Positions 48,932 to 63,600 of a stretch of DNA of 64,000 nt are shown in pieces; position 1 is the first letter of the stretch, and each line of letters starts with the position of its first letter. Source of the stretch: Geosiphon pyriformis uo1. Taxonomy: Eukaryota; Fungi; Glomeromycota. The stretch lies in the NCBI GenBank assembly GCA_016748015.1, contig JAAOMT010000295.1, positions 186,001 through 250,000 of the forward strand. Direction: 5' to 3'. The position numbers and the translations under genes were made by a program. Under the pieces are notes generated by a model. The model was given only the letters and a program-made list of their open reading frames with translations. It was not told where the DNA came from and did not search any database.

Positions 48932-49902
48932 TGTTATCAATAGAATTTTAGTTATTAATTAACATAAAATTACTTTATAATTTTTATTGTTAATTAATAT
49001 ATATCATCATTACTCAAATTATCACTTATTATTTAATCAAAATTATCAAAAATTGCTATTTAATTAATAATCTAATTTATATAATAGAAAGTAAAATAAT
49101 TAAATTATACAATATTCTAAACTATATAATAGTTGAAAATTTGCTAAAATTTACCAAAATTTACCAAAATAATAGATAGTTTACCAAAATAGTTAATAAT
49201 TCAATGAAATAATTTGTAGTTTGTTAAAATTATAGCAAAAAGAAAATTTCAAGTTTATAGACTAGTATTATAATAAATTGTATAAAAAAAGAGCTTTTTT
49301 CTTTAAAAAAATATATCTTATTTTCTTTAGAATTATTTTATTATAGATATTTTCCTTTAGATTATTTTTATTTAGTATAATTCAAAAAATAAAATATCTT
49401 TAAAAAACCAATTTTTTTAGTAATTATACTTAAAATTTTCCAAAATTCAACTAAAATTTTGAAATTAATTAGTTATTAATTTCAGTAAACTATTAATAAC
49501 TCCAGGTCTGGACCAAAAACAATTCTCTTAACAAAATTTCACTTTTTTTATTTTTTTTATTTTTTTTATTTTTTTTATTTTTTTTATTATAATCATTAAA
49601 GTAGTTTACAAACAAGATTTTTGTAGAAGAGTTGATTTTTACAGCAAAATAACTACACATTTTTAATGAGCTTTCAAATAAGCAATTCTTAGAAAAGAGT
49701 TGACATTTACTACAACATAATTATACAAAGTAACTAATACAGAATTGACTATTCTACTTATAAGCTTAGTAATTTAAATTATAAAAAATAATTTAAAGAT
49801 AAATTCAGTTATTAGAAATTCAACTGCTTTCAAAAACTGTGAATTAAACAGCAAACAAACATTAACAATATTCAAAAAAAAAACCAAAAATCTTCAATAA
49901 TA
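48932..49902 (+). repeat. 5' LTR of element F
   Basis: Colinear with 2317-3307. Confidence 0.88.
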
Positions 49903-52900
49903 TTTGGTATTTTCTCATAAATTAATACTACAACAGTAACTTCAAAGTGGCAACCACATTTAATACAACAACTCTAAAATATTATTAGTCAATTTATACT
50001 TACTACAAGCAAAAATTTGATATTTAGAATGGAATTAAAATTTTCAAGAAATTACTATATTAATATATTAAAAACTGTATTAATAATTATCTTTTTGAAA
50101 ACTATAATATTTCAGAAGTTAAAAACCATTTCTATAAAAATTTATTGTATTATTTTTACTTAAAAACTGAAAACTTTAACAGTAAAATACCTGACACTTA
50201 CTTTCAAAAACTCAACTTTAACATTATTCAATATTGTAAAAAAATATATATAGTACAGTTCAAATATCTTCTTAACTTTAAATCAGAACCAGAAAATAGC
50301 AACAAAAAAAAACAAAAGAAAAAAACATCTTGAATTAGCCATACAACTCACAATACACCAAAAATAACTGCCAAACATCTGCAAACACCAAAACAAAAAA
50401 CTAGTGTCAAATTACCACTTTCTATTACATTATTTTTACTTTTATTTGCTTAATTACAAATACCAAATTCATTTTTTATTCAGTTTTTAAGACCAAAAAA
50501 TTTCACTTTATTAAAAAGCCCTACTCTATAACCAAAACCAATATCTACTAGTGCCAATCTTTTTAACTATTTAGCCAAAAACCAAAGTAATTATTCTAAA
50601 TACTTAAGTAACAAAAAAACATTTCTGAAGTCACCAAAGAAAAAAACACCAAAAATGAAAATACCAAAAACATGATAACCACCTACATTGCAAAAATTAC
50701 TGAATTTACTGGAAAAAATACTGACACCAGCTCACAAAAATAACTTGGCAAAGTTCAAAAAACAAGAGATGTAAATAGATAGAATATAGCAAAAATATTA
50801 AAAGCAATTCTATATTTTTTACAAGAAATAACAGATAAATAATTTAAAAACTTGGCCAAATTTTTCAAAAGCTGACAAGCATTTAAAAATGCTTTTCTGG
50901 AACAATTCACTAACAACAACACTTTTATTACCCTTTAAAACAAGAACTTTTTGAATTTGTTATGATTTATTTTAGAAAATTCAACAAATTTTTTTGACAA
51001 ATTTGATAATTAGAAACCAATAAGTATTATTTTAATGCTCAAATCTTGGACCAATTCATAACCAGATTAAAAAATAAATTAATCAAAAAAGTTTGTTTTT
51101 ATGCTTTAGCAAACTTAGTTATAGTCATTTAACATACAAAAAACTATAAAATGGCTATAAAAAAAGCTAATTACATTAAACTTGTGAATTTTACAATTAA
51201 AAAAACCAGCTTAGCAGCTAAAAAAAAATTAATCAATTAACAAAAAAAGTCAAAAACTATTTTATCAACCAATTAACAACAACAACAGCAACAACAAAAA
51301 TATTAACTCTTATAATAATAAAATTCAAGCAACTTCTTATTATTAAACAGCCAAAACCAAAGCTGTTATTATTGTAAAATTTTAGGACATTAAAAATAAA
51401 ATTGCAAAAAATGCAAAGAGACTAATAACAAAAGAATAATTAATGTTATTTTTAACCTTAGCAATTATATAACCAACTTCTGTTACCAACTTATTACTTA
51501 TCAAAATCTCAATATTAAAACAACTCTTATTAATCTACCTTACAACTTATTTAACAACAATATTTATAATCCCCTGTTTAGCAATATTAAGTATCTGTCT
51601 AAAAATTGGTTTAACAAAACCAATTTGTAACAAACAATAATAGATTTAATTCCAACAACCAATTAATTTTTCAAAATCCAATTCAACAAAGATTTACACA
51701 TTACTATACTTAATTTAGCTATTTTATAATACCAGAAGAATCGAATTTTTAGCAAACTGCACTTTTTAAAAGTAAAAATATAGTCTCAAAACAAACTCCT
51801 TTCAGTAATACAATTTTACTAACTAAAATTGCCCAAAATACCAACCTCTTAAAAATATTTTCATTTAAATTTGAAGCAAATGAATTATTATCTTTATTTA
51901 ACAATACAATTATTACAGAACAAAAAGCAATTACAGCTATATATACAAAAACTGAAGTTAAAAAAAACCAATTCAATTAATTTTAAACAGTAAATTTATT
52001 AAAAGCATTATTATTTATCAGTTAATATAACAGCTGTAATAAAATGTTAACAAATTTGCTTAAACAGTCATTATTATAACAGATAATATGAAAAAAACTT
52101 CAATAGGAAAAATTAACAACTTTCTATTTATTATTGATAGAATTACCATTCTAATTAAAGTTCTTATTATAAATGCATCTTAATATTAAGCTCTTGTCAA
52201 AAAAAATAGAACAAAAAATTTTTAAAGAAACCAATAATTAGAACAAAATTCATTATTTCAAATCAGAATTATGAAAACAGCCACCATATATTTCACTCAA
52301 ATACAAAAATTACAACAAAAAACTTTTATTAATAAAAGCTTATATATTACCAAAAAAAAAAATATGAGATATGTATTTGTTATTACTACAAAGTTTGCTA
52401 CTGGGAACAATTTGAATACTCTAAATGAAGTGGAAAATAAAACAACACTTTTTGTTTTACTTGTAAAAAACTATTATTTAAAGAATACAACTGAATCAAT
52501 ATTGCAATAAAAAGAAAAGTATGCAATTAAACCTGCCAATATGTTTTTTAAATATCAAAAAAAGTCTACAAAGGAACTTTCTTTAATGCAATATACAATA
52601 GTATTCTTAAAAAACTTTATAATTATTTACATAATGCTGAAATGATCTATAATCTTGTGATAATCTTAATTAATAAAGCCACTTAAAAAAATGTTTATTA
52701 AATAAAAGAAGCAAAATATATTAAATACATTATAAAATTAGCTAAATTTAACTATAAAGATAAAATAGAAACATATTACTAAATCACAAGTCACACATAT
52801 CTGACCAAAAAAGTTTAAATTTAATAATTAAAGCAAATAAATATTCAATTATGTAAAGAATGCATTATGTTTTATAATAACCAATAGTATTCAAAATGCT

Positions 52901-55900
52901 ATGTTCTTAGTATTTTTTTGTTCAATAAAAATAACCAGAAGTAAATCAAATTTGAAAAACTCAAACCAAAAAAAAAACTGCCAACCATATTGATTTATCT
53001 GTTTGAAAATCAACCAGTCTTACAACTTAAATATTTTGACAATAATGGTCAAAGAATCAAATCAAAAAAAGCACACGAAATTAATACTGAATATAATTTA
53101 CAATATTTAGACAAAAATATTTTGGTTAAAAAACCAAAGTCTCTAATAAAAATCAGTTTTTAAAATACTATCAAGAGCAATAATTCAAATTGCTTTCTGA
53201 TTATTATTGACAAGCAAAAAAATCAATGTTAGAGAAAAAATTATAGATGCAGGATACATTAGAAATATCACTATCATGTTACAAAATAAAACCAAAAAAC
53301 TATTCAAAATTAAGTATGCTGAAAAAATTGCCTAAGCAATTTACTTATCTTTAATTAATATTTCGAGTTTACAATCAGTTAATCAAAAAAAACAATTAGA
53401 CAAAAGTAACAAAAAAACCTAAGGCTATAATTCAACTAGACAATTCACAGTTTTAGTAAATATAGCTTTTAAAACACAGAATAAATCTTACCAAATTCTC
53501 TGACTTTTACAACCAATTATTATCTTATTTTTTAGAAAATATCACGAAATTTACATTTGTTCAAAACCCACTACTACTTAACAAATTTTTAAGTTAAATA
53601 AACAAATTTGTTTAAAACATGAAATTTTAATTTCAAATATGTATATTTCAAAAAAAATAAAGAAATTCCAGATTATTTTTTATAATTTCAACAAACACTT
53701 CATCATTTTATTAAATAAATTAGAAATTAAAATTATATATAGCAATATTTTTTAGAATAAAACTTTCAGATTGTTTTTAATTTTATTAAAATTATGAGAC
53801 ATATACTATTTTCAAATCCAAATATTATTTTTAATATTGAAAACTATCATATCATTAAAGAAAAACTTTTTTAAATCAACATCTCTTGAAACTCCAACAA
53901 CAAAAACAATTAAAACAGTTAATTATTGCTAAAGACAACAATAATCTTGAAAAAACTAATATTGTGCAACATTAAATTTACATAAAAGATGCTTTACCAA
54001 AATGCTAACAAATCTATTAAATCTTATCTGCCAGCTATTAATTCATTAAAAAAAAAGTTCAATAAATGTTCAACAATAAATTTATTTAATCATTAAGAAG
54101 TTTATAAGCCTTATCAGTGGTTTTTATCAAAAAAAATAAAAAAATCAGATTTTGTGTAAACTATTATTAACTAAATAATGTTATAATAAAAAATGCCTGC
54201 CTACTACTAAGAATTAATAATATGCTGAATGTTTTAGAAAAAGCCAAATTTTTTTCAACTTTAGACTTGGAAAGCAGATACTAGTAAGTTGAAATAAATC
54301 TAAAAAACTGCCTTAAAATAGCATTTACCATACAAGAAAAAAACTAAAAATTTAATATTATGCTTTTTAAATTCTATAATATACTAGCAACATTTTAGTA
54401 ACTAATAAATATTGTCTATAAAAAACTTCTATGACAATTAGTAGTTGTCTATCTTAACAATACTAATATCTATACTTTAACTTTTGAAGTTTATCTAATC
54501 TACTTGTAAAAAGTATTTTAATAATTACAGAAAGCAGGATTAAAGCTAAACATCAAGAAATATTACTTTAAAAAAACAAATCTAATTTTCTTAAAATATA
54601 TTTTTAATAAAAAGAGAGTTTAACCAAATCCAAAAACAATTAATGTTGTCAAAAATTTTAAAATTCTCTGAAATATTACAGAATTAAAAAGATTTATTAG
54701 ATTAACTTCTTATTATTAAAAATTCATCAAAGAATTTTTTGAAATTGCCAACTACTTAATTATTTAACCAACAAGGATATAAAATATTAATGAACACAAA
54801 CTTAACAACAAGTATTTAATACTTTTAAAAAAAAACTCATTATAATCTCAATTTTTACCTACTTAAATTTTAGTAAAAGATTTCAGTTAGCCACTAATGC
54901 TTCACATATAGTTTTTGGCACTATCTTATCATAATTAAATAACAATAACAATAAGTAAGTAATCACATATGCCAGTAGAACATTCAAGTCAACAGAATTC
55001 AAATATGGCTCAACTGAATTAAAAGCAACAGTCATTATTTGAACTTTCAAACACTTTCAGTAATACTTCAAAAATGAACACCAATTTGATATTATTACTA
55101 ATAATATCAGTCTAAATAGTTTAACAAGAAAAGTTTTGAACTTAATTTAAAACAATCTTAATAGACTAATTTTTTAGCCAATTATAAATACATTGTGCAC
55201 CACAAACTAGAAAAATTATACACAAATGTTAATAGTTTTTTCAGAATAAGACAAGATTAAAACTTATATCAACAACTTAACAATTCAACAAACAAATTAG
55301 TAACAAAACAATAAATTTTGAAAATTATAACAATATCAAAAACTATTTAAAAACTCTCAACATACCAGAAAATTGGTTTTTAATTAAAAATACTAATTAC
55401 AAAACCAAGCAAAACATGTCTTTATTCACCACAACAAAATCTATAACTGAAATTGCAAAAACCCAACAAATTTACTCAGATTAATTCAACAAAATAAAAA
55501 AAAACAATCCTATACAATATTTATACAGACTTTTTATTAGCATATTTAAGAAAAAATAGTACAATCTAAAAACACTTGAACATTATTTTTGGCCACACAT
55601 ATATTAAAACATTTGACAATATATAGAATTATGTAATAATTTCAAAAAAAAGAAGAAACTCATTTTATTAAATCTTTAAATCTAATCAAAATTAAACAAT
55701 CTTTTAACAAAATAAGAATCAATTTAGTCGAACTACTACTTATCACAACCCAAAGAAACTATTATATTGCAATTGTAATAAATTATCTTATCAAATAACC
55801 TAAAATTAAAGCCATCTAAAGAGCAGACACAAAATCAGTAGCAAATTTTATTTACAAAGACATTATTTGTAAACATAGATGTTCAATTAAACTCTTATCT

Positions 55901-57558
55901 AATCAAAAAACACACTTTGTAAACAACTTGATATAAGATATTTGTAAACAATTTAATGTTAAAAAACTCTTATTATTACCTTATCACCTCTAAACAAATA
56001 GATTAATAAAATAGTTTAATTAAATATTGTGTAAATTATTAGCCAAAGTTTTAACTAATTTTGAACAGAAATGAGATATTTTTATTTTATTAGTGTTATT
56101 AATATATAGAATACTAAAACAAAATACTACAAATACACATTTTTTAATTTGACTTATGGAAAAATAAATATTACCAATTAATTTCATCATAAAAACATAC
56201 ATTATGCAACCAATTAATAAAAAAAACTTTCAAGAAACATTTCAATAAAAAGCCTATATCTTGCTTAATACTTTGGAAGAAAAAAAACAAATAGCAACTA
56301 CTTATATTAAACATTTTTAAGCTCAATAAAAAAAATGGCATGACAATAAATTGCCATTAATTAACAATAAATTCAAAAATTAGAAACAAAGTTCTTCTAT
56401 ACAGAACTAAGGCTAAAAAACAATGGAGTGAAAGATTCAAGCATAAATAAAATAGACTATTTTATATTTACAAAATCTTAAACAATAGATTATACAAGTT
56501 AAAACTTAATAACAAAATTCTAGCCAAAGTTATATATAAAAATTGATTAAAAAACTATTATTTTAGAAACAATCCTGAATTATTAATTCCACAAATTAGT
56601 ACACATTCTTTTTTAATTAATTTTAAAGATATTTTTTAAAATTTAAAACCAATAGTTGTAATAAAACAACAACTAAACTTGAATATTTAATTTATTTTAT
56701 TAGTATTTTTTTTATTTTATTAGTATTTTTTTTAAAATAATACAGAAACATTAAGCAAAAATAGTAAAATAACTACCAGAAAATATCTAAAACCAAAAAT
56801 ATATAAAATTTTTATACCAAAAATAATTTCTTTTTTATTTTTCAAAATTTATTTAATTTTAATTTAACTTTATAATACTTATTTCCTAAAACATTCAACA
56901 AATATTTCAAAAATTAATTTTAGCTTTAAAAATACTTTTAGACTTATTAATAACAATTAATAGAAGTCAAATCAATTATATTTAAAAAAAAACTACAGCT
57001 TTAGTAGTAAATAATTTCTAAAGATATTACTTGTATAGAAAAAACACAAAAAATTATTTTAAAAATCAATTACCAGAATTTTTGAAGCAAGTTTTAAAAA
57101 AAAACTTATTATTTACATTTTTTAACATTTTTTTAAATGCCATAATACAATAAAACTTTAAATATGTTTTAATGAAAACAGTAAATATAACTTTAGTTAT
57201 TAATATTTTCAAATTGAAAAAACATTACACCAATAAAAACTAAAACTTAAAACAACTAATCTTACTTTCAAAGCAATACAGAAACAAATTCACAACAAAT
57301 TCAAAACAGTAACTGAATTAACAAACACTTATTACAAATTTAGAGTAGTTTATAAACTTTATAACCTATTTAATATTTTTGAAAATGTCTTATAGAATTC
57401 AATATTCTAACCAATAAAGATTCAATACATTAGCAAACTCACAAAACTGAAATTTCAACAATTTTCAGACCAAATTACTTTAATTATTTTGAACTACTAT
57501 TTTAATATTACAAATAATGCTTGAACTTTAACAGAACTTAATCTTAAGAAGAAAATTA

Positions 57559-58546
57559 TGTTATCAATGGAATTTTAATTATTAATTAGCATAAAATTAT
57601 TTTATAATTCTTATCATTAATTAGCATATATTATTATTATTCAAATTATCACTTATTATTTAATTAAAAATTATCAAAGATTGTTATTTAATTAATAATT
57701 TAATTTGTATAATAGAAAATAAAATAATCAAATTACACAATATTTGAACTATGTAACAATTAAGAATTTACCAAAATTTGTAGAAATTTGCCAAAATAAT
57801 AGATAGTTTACCAAAATAATTAATAGTTTGATAAAATAATTTGTAGTTTGTTAAAATATATTTTTAGTTTGTTAAAATCATAGCAAAAAAAAAAGTTTAA
57901 GTTCATAAATTAGTATTACAACAAGTTGTATAAAAAAAAGGCTTTTTTCTTTGAGAAAATGTATTTTATTTTCTTTAAAATTATTTTATTATAAATATTT
58001 TTTTCTAAATTTATTCTCATTTAGTACAATTCAAAAAATAAAATATTCTTAAAAAATCAATTTCTTTAATAATTACACTTGATATTTTCCAAAATTCAAC
58101 TAATATTTTGAAATTAATTAGCTACCAATTTCAATAAACTATTAGTAATTCTAGGTCTGAACTCGAAACAATTCTCTTAACAAAATCTCACTTTTTTTAT
58201 ATTTCTTTTATTTTCTTTTATTTTTCTTATTATAATTATTAAAATAATCTATAGATAAGATTCATGTAGAAGAGTTGACTTTTACAGCAAAATAACTACA
58301 CATTTTTAGTAAGCTTCTAGATAAACAATTTTTGAAAAAAAGTTAACATTTATTACAATGTAATTATACAAAGTAACTGGTACAGAATTGGTTATTTTAT
58401 TTATAAGTCTAGCAATTCAAATTATAAAAAATAATTTGAAAATAAATTTAGTTATTAAAAATTCAATTATTTTCAGAAAATGTAAATCAAACAGCAAACA
58501 GACATTAATAACATTTATGAAAAAAGACCAAAAATCTCTAATAATA
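57559..58546 (+). repeat. 3' LTR of element F
   Basis: Follows PPT AAGAAGAAAA; colinear with 2317-3307. Confidence 0.88.
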
Positions 58547-59175
58547 AGAGATAAAATTGCTATTTTTTTTGATTTTTGGCCAATTTAACTAGAAAACTGC
58601 TCTAATCTTCTGTAGTAACTGCTATTAATGTTGATAATAAAAATTTTATAACATTATTACTATTTGGTTTATTAACTATCAGTAATTACTTTTTATAATA
58701 GAAAACCTTAAATTAATTAAAATATTCTAATATTTGAATCCTATTTTTACACTTGTTTGTATTGATGCAATTAAAAATAGAATCATGAAACTCTATGTTT
58801 TGAGTAGACAAAAATTAAGAGTAAGTATTATTTATATTATAAAATATCTTTTTTCTTTTATTTATACTTATAATATAATAAACATACTTAAGTACTATTA
58901 AGTCCAAAATTTTTTTTACATTAAATTTTTGAATATCTTTTAATAACAAAGTCTTTGTTTTTATTATCATTTATTATATTAATAACAATTGAGACTTTTA
59001 ACAAACAATAATTGATTTTGGACTAATGAGTAAATAACATGATAAAATAAACATTGTAACCAGATTTTTTAAAGTATTAAAAGATTATAGAATTATATTA
59101 AAAATACATACATATATTTTTGTATGAATTTGGATTAATCAATAACCAATAATAAGATTGGCATATTACATAGTA

Positions 59176-59619
59176 TATTAGTATTATTTGTAACTTAGAG
59201 TTATCATAGTGCTCATATTATTAAAAATTACATTTTCTTAATATTGGCTTAAATTGGTTTTTATTATTGAATTTTTGGTATTAGTATTATCTAAAATTTA
59301 GAGTTATCACAATGCTCATATTATCAAAAATTACATTTTTTTAATATTGGCTTAAGTTGGTTTTTATTATTGTTTCAGAGCTGAATTTTAGCATTAATAT
59401 TATCTGAAGCTTAAAGTTACTATAGTGTCCATATTATCAAAAATTATATTTTTTTAATATTAGTTTAAGTTGGTTTTTATTATTGTTATAGAGCTAAATT
59501 TTCAGCATTAATATTATTTGAGGCTTAAAATTATTATAATGTCTATATTATTAAAAACTGCATTTTTTTAATATTAGCTTAAATAGTTTTTATTATTGTT
59601 TTGAGCTGAATTTTTAGCC
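59176..59619. repeat. Minisatellite, 4 units of about 103-114 bp
   Basis: CATATTATCAAAAATTACATTTT..AATATTGGCTTAAGTTGGTTTTTATTATTG recurs four times. Confidence 0.85.
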
Positions 59620-60665
59620 AAAAAAGTTAAAAAAAAAGTTTAAGAAAGAGTTATATTTATCTTTTTTTTATATGAATTTACCATTAATTTTATTAGTTAT
59701 AACTTAATTTTTTTTTAAAAGCTTCTTGTTATTACTTTTAATAAGTTGCAAATAATAATACTTTTATAAAAAAGTTAACAAAAAAATTAAAAAAAAAAAC
59801 ATTCAATAAAACTCAAAATATTTTTGATTTTAATGCTTTAATCATATTTTAAGCTTTTTAAATACATTTGTAATATATATTAAATTAAATACTATAAACC
59901 TATTTTGAATTGTCCCACCCAGTAGAATTTTACTTATAACATAGTCAAAAATAGGTTATTTCTTAAATCAATAAGTTATTTATTTCTGATTTTATATATT
60001 TTAAATACAAAAATTTCAACTATATATTTATAGGCATTAAATACTCTTACTAATACTTATATTAAATTTTATTAATATGCTATTTTACACAATTAGTAAG
60101 TTGTTTTTGATAAAATTGCTAAATTTTTTGAACTATTTAAGAATATTATAATCAAAATATTAGCCAGTTTAAATAATACTGCCTTTTCAATTATTTTTTT
60201 CTTTAATATTATTTTTAATTATATTAAAGACATGATTAATGATAATAAATCTAATAAAGTATTATATTTTTGATTGTATTTATTTAGTTATTTATTTAAT
60301 ACATTTAATATTAGATCTATTATTTATTACAGTGGCTAGAACAACAAAAAAAAAGTTAGTTAAATATTATTTTAAAACAAATACAACTGTAATGCACTGT
60401 ATTGTATTAAATTCAAGAAAAAAATTTCATTATTTTACAAAGAAGGAATTTTTGGATGACAATATTAATAAAATAAAAGAATTGTAAATTATTAATTTAT
60501 TTAAATAGTTTTATTTTCCAATTTTTATATAATAAATAAATCTTTAGAATGTATACTCTCTTTAAAACAGAGTATACACTAAACATTATATTAATATTAA
60601 ATAACAGTTTTTTGTTAAATGACAATTTTAATAATATTATAGTATTAAATATATTAAAAAAAAAA

Positions 60666-63600
60666 CTTCTTTCTCTCTTTCATCCAAAAAACTCTAAAGA
60701 GTGCTTTTCTGAAAAAAAAGTTTTTTATTTTATTTTTCTTGTTAGTTATTTCAACATTTTTTTACCTAATAACCCGTTTGTAATAAGCTTAAAGGCTGCC
60801 TCTGGTAGCAATATAACAAAAAAAAAGACATTCAAAGATGTTCTTTATGGTCCAACTAGGGGTTTTTTTTCTCAGAAAAAAAAGGTTGTTCTTAGAAATG
60901 TTAAGCATTCTGGTAATAAAAAAGATGTATCTCTGGTCAAGTCAGAATTTGATAATAGTATTTATTCTAATGTAGACAGCTTGTCTGGTGATAATGAAGA
61001 TGTTAACATGGCCAGCATTAGTAGTGAACCTCTTTTGGGTTTAGCTGCTACTACTCTTAAAACAAAGCAGTTCAATACTAGTGTTGATTTTGGTTTTTCT
61101 CTTAGTTCTCCCAACTTTTTTATAAATGATGGTAAAGTTATTCTTCTCCTTCATGTTAATTTTTCTCTGGAAAAGAAGTGGATTGACCCCAAAATTACTA
61201 AAGTACAAGTGAATGTATCTGTTAAGAAGCCATTTGCATTGGACATTAATCTCTTGGCTGTGGAAAAAAAATCAGCAACAGTAAAAACTCAACTCATCAG
61301 AAAAATTTTTCAACAAACAATGGTTTTGGGGAGGCCACTACCCTCTCAAAGTTTGAAGGGATCATCAGATCTATATTTATCTCAGAGAAGAGCATGGAAA
61401 AGGCCACATTATTGACCAAGAAGAAAGGGATTGCCATAAACAGTGATCTTAAAAAACAAGAAATCTGTTCAGATCAGACTGTGATAATTAAGAAAATTTC
61501 CATGAACACACCAAAGGAAATGATCATTGCTGCAGTGTTTGTATTTGAAAAAATCAAGTCAATCAAGATTCAGCTGATTGGAATATGACAGAAGACTGTG
61601 GTGAAATTTGCCAAATTAGGACAGACAGAGCAACTGACATCAAGATGGTCATTCCTTATTGGAAAGAACTCAGTGTGTGTGACTATGGCCATGGAAAATC
61701 AGGATACTTGGATGTCTAGGGATTGCTTTAGAGTGCTTTTGTTTACTTTGCTGATGAGAACAATTGCATATAATCTTGATACTCTTTTAAAAGGGGCTGG
61801 TAAAAAAACTTGTGTAATCAATTGTTCACTAGAGATTGACAATCAGACTCACTGCACTATCATTGGTTTTGAATCTGAAAATAAGTTTGAATCTGCATTT
61901 CACACTAAGCCAATTTTTGGTGATATGAGACTTTCTTGGACTAGATTGGACTTGGTTTAGTGTGAAAGATGTGGAAAGTTTGAACACTCAGCTTTGGAAT
62001 GTAATGCTTCTGACACTCTGGTGTCTGCTTCTTTTAAAAAAAACTTTAAAAAGAATGCTTTTGATGTGAATTGTCTTCAGTTGGCCAGATTATATGCCAA
62101 GAAAAATGTTTCTATTTCTTGCTCTGCTGCTTTTAGTGGTAGATCATGGACTTAAGTAGTCTTTTCTGCATCTTTTTCTGGTGGTTTTCAATTTGATTCT
62201 GGTTCTGGTTTTTTTTCTTCTAGTGCTTTGGGTTTGGGTGGTGGTTCTTTTCTTGTCTTGACCAATGATTTATTTTCGAATACTCATTTGGCTTCTTTGG
62301 AATGTTTCTTAGAGCTCTTAAGTGATCAGGTTTCTGGCATTGTGTGCAAACTCAGCAACATAAAATTGGTGCTTTTGGCCCTTTCTCTTTCTTCTGGTTA
62401 TTTGGTTGCTCTGATAAACATCAATTTGGATTTGAATTCGGATATAGTTTTGAATAGTTCTGTGGTAATGTCTGTACCTTCCTTTGTTGTTTTGGCTCTG
62501 GGTCTTAGTAGCTCAAAAATTTTAATGACTAAAGTGGACTGTTTAGAGCCCAAGTTGGTGGCTCTTAAAGCCTTGATTGGTTCAGTTTTGGCAAAGTTAG
62601 ATTATTTGTGTGCTGGCTCAAGTTCTTAAATGTTTTCTGCTTCCCAATGAGTGGTTTGGTTTAGAAAATTACTACTTGCAATGTTAGAGGAATGAACAAT
62701 TCTGCAAAACAGAATAATATTATTTATTAGCACAGAGACATGGACAATTTAGTTTCTATTTTTACAAAATCAAAGTTAAAAGGAAAGGTTTGCTCCTAAA
62801 TTGTCAACAAATTTGGTGGTGTGTAGGTGTTTACTTCTGGTTTGGAATCTGGTTATCTAGGTGCTAATGTTGTGGTCATCATAAACTCTTCTTTGGCAAA
62901 ATATATATACAAAATTTCAGAGGTGCCTGGTCAGCTTTTGTCTATCAAGTTGTTTTTCAAGAATAAACTTTCAGTGTCAATTTTGGGACTTTACACTGGT
63001 GCTTCTTTAGCAGTTTGGTTTTCTTAAACTGGTAATGTCAACTTTCTTATTGCAAAGACTATCAATGAATCTTTTTTTGTCATTCTCAGTGGTGATTTTA
63101 ATAAAAATGGTTCCTATAAGTATGCAGTTTCAAAAGATGCTTTGATTTAGGACTAGTTAATTCCTTGGTTGGTAGCTCAACTGTAAAGGAGCCTACTTGG
63201 GCAAATTCTAAAGGTGTCATGAAAATGATTGATTATGTGTTTGTTTTCTCGAATTTGGTTAATGCAATAGTACATCATGATGTTTTGGAAGTCAATGAGC
63301 ATTTTAATACAGATTACCAATCCATTTTTGTGTCTGTGGATTTGGGTGGACTTTTAAATACACAGTTGAACTCTCTTTACAAGCAAGTGAATAGAGATTG
63401 ATAGAAGTTTGAGTTTAAGAGTGCCAATAAGACTAAATAGAATGATTTTAAAGATACCACATTGGCCAATGTAGTAATATTCTTAGATAAGTTTGCCATT
63501 TTTATGAAGTTCTCAGATTTGGGTGCAATGTAAGATATTGTTTACAAAATAGTGGTTCTTTCAGCTAATGAGGTGTTCAAGTAGAAATGGTTCAAGAGCT

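Larger units (their letters stand above)
48932..58546 (+). mobile_element. Full-length but heavily decayed Ty3/Gypsy element F (family of A)
   Basis: LTRs 48932-49902 and 57559-58546; decayed PBS TGGTATTTT at 49905; relics of gag, PR, dUTPase (about 53060-53450), RT, RH, integrase (55311-56690) and ORF3 (about 56872-57578), colinear with A. Confidence 0.9.

Noticed and set aside
60549-60770. N-terminal extension of the 288-aa ORF
   Set aside because: AT-rich flank and LINE 5' UTR open by chance; homology to ORF1 begins further downstream.
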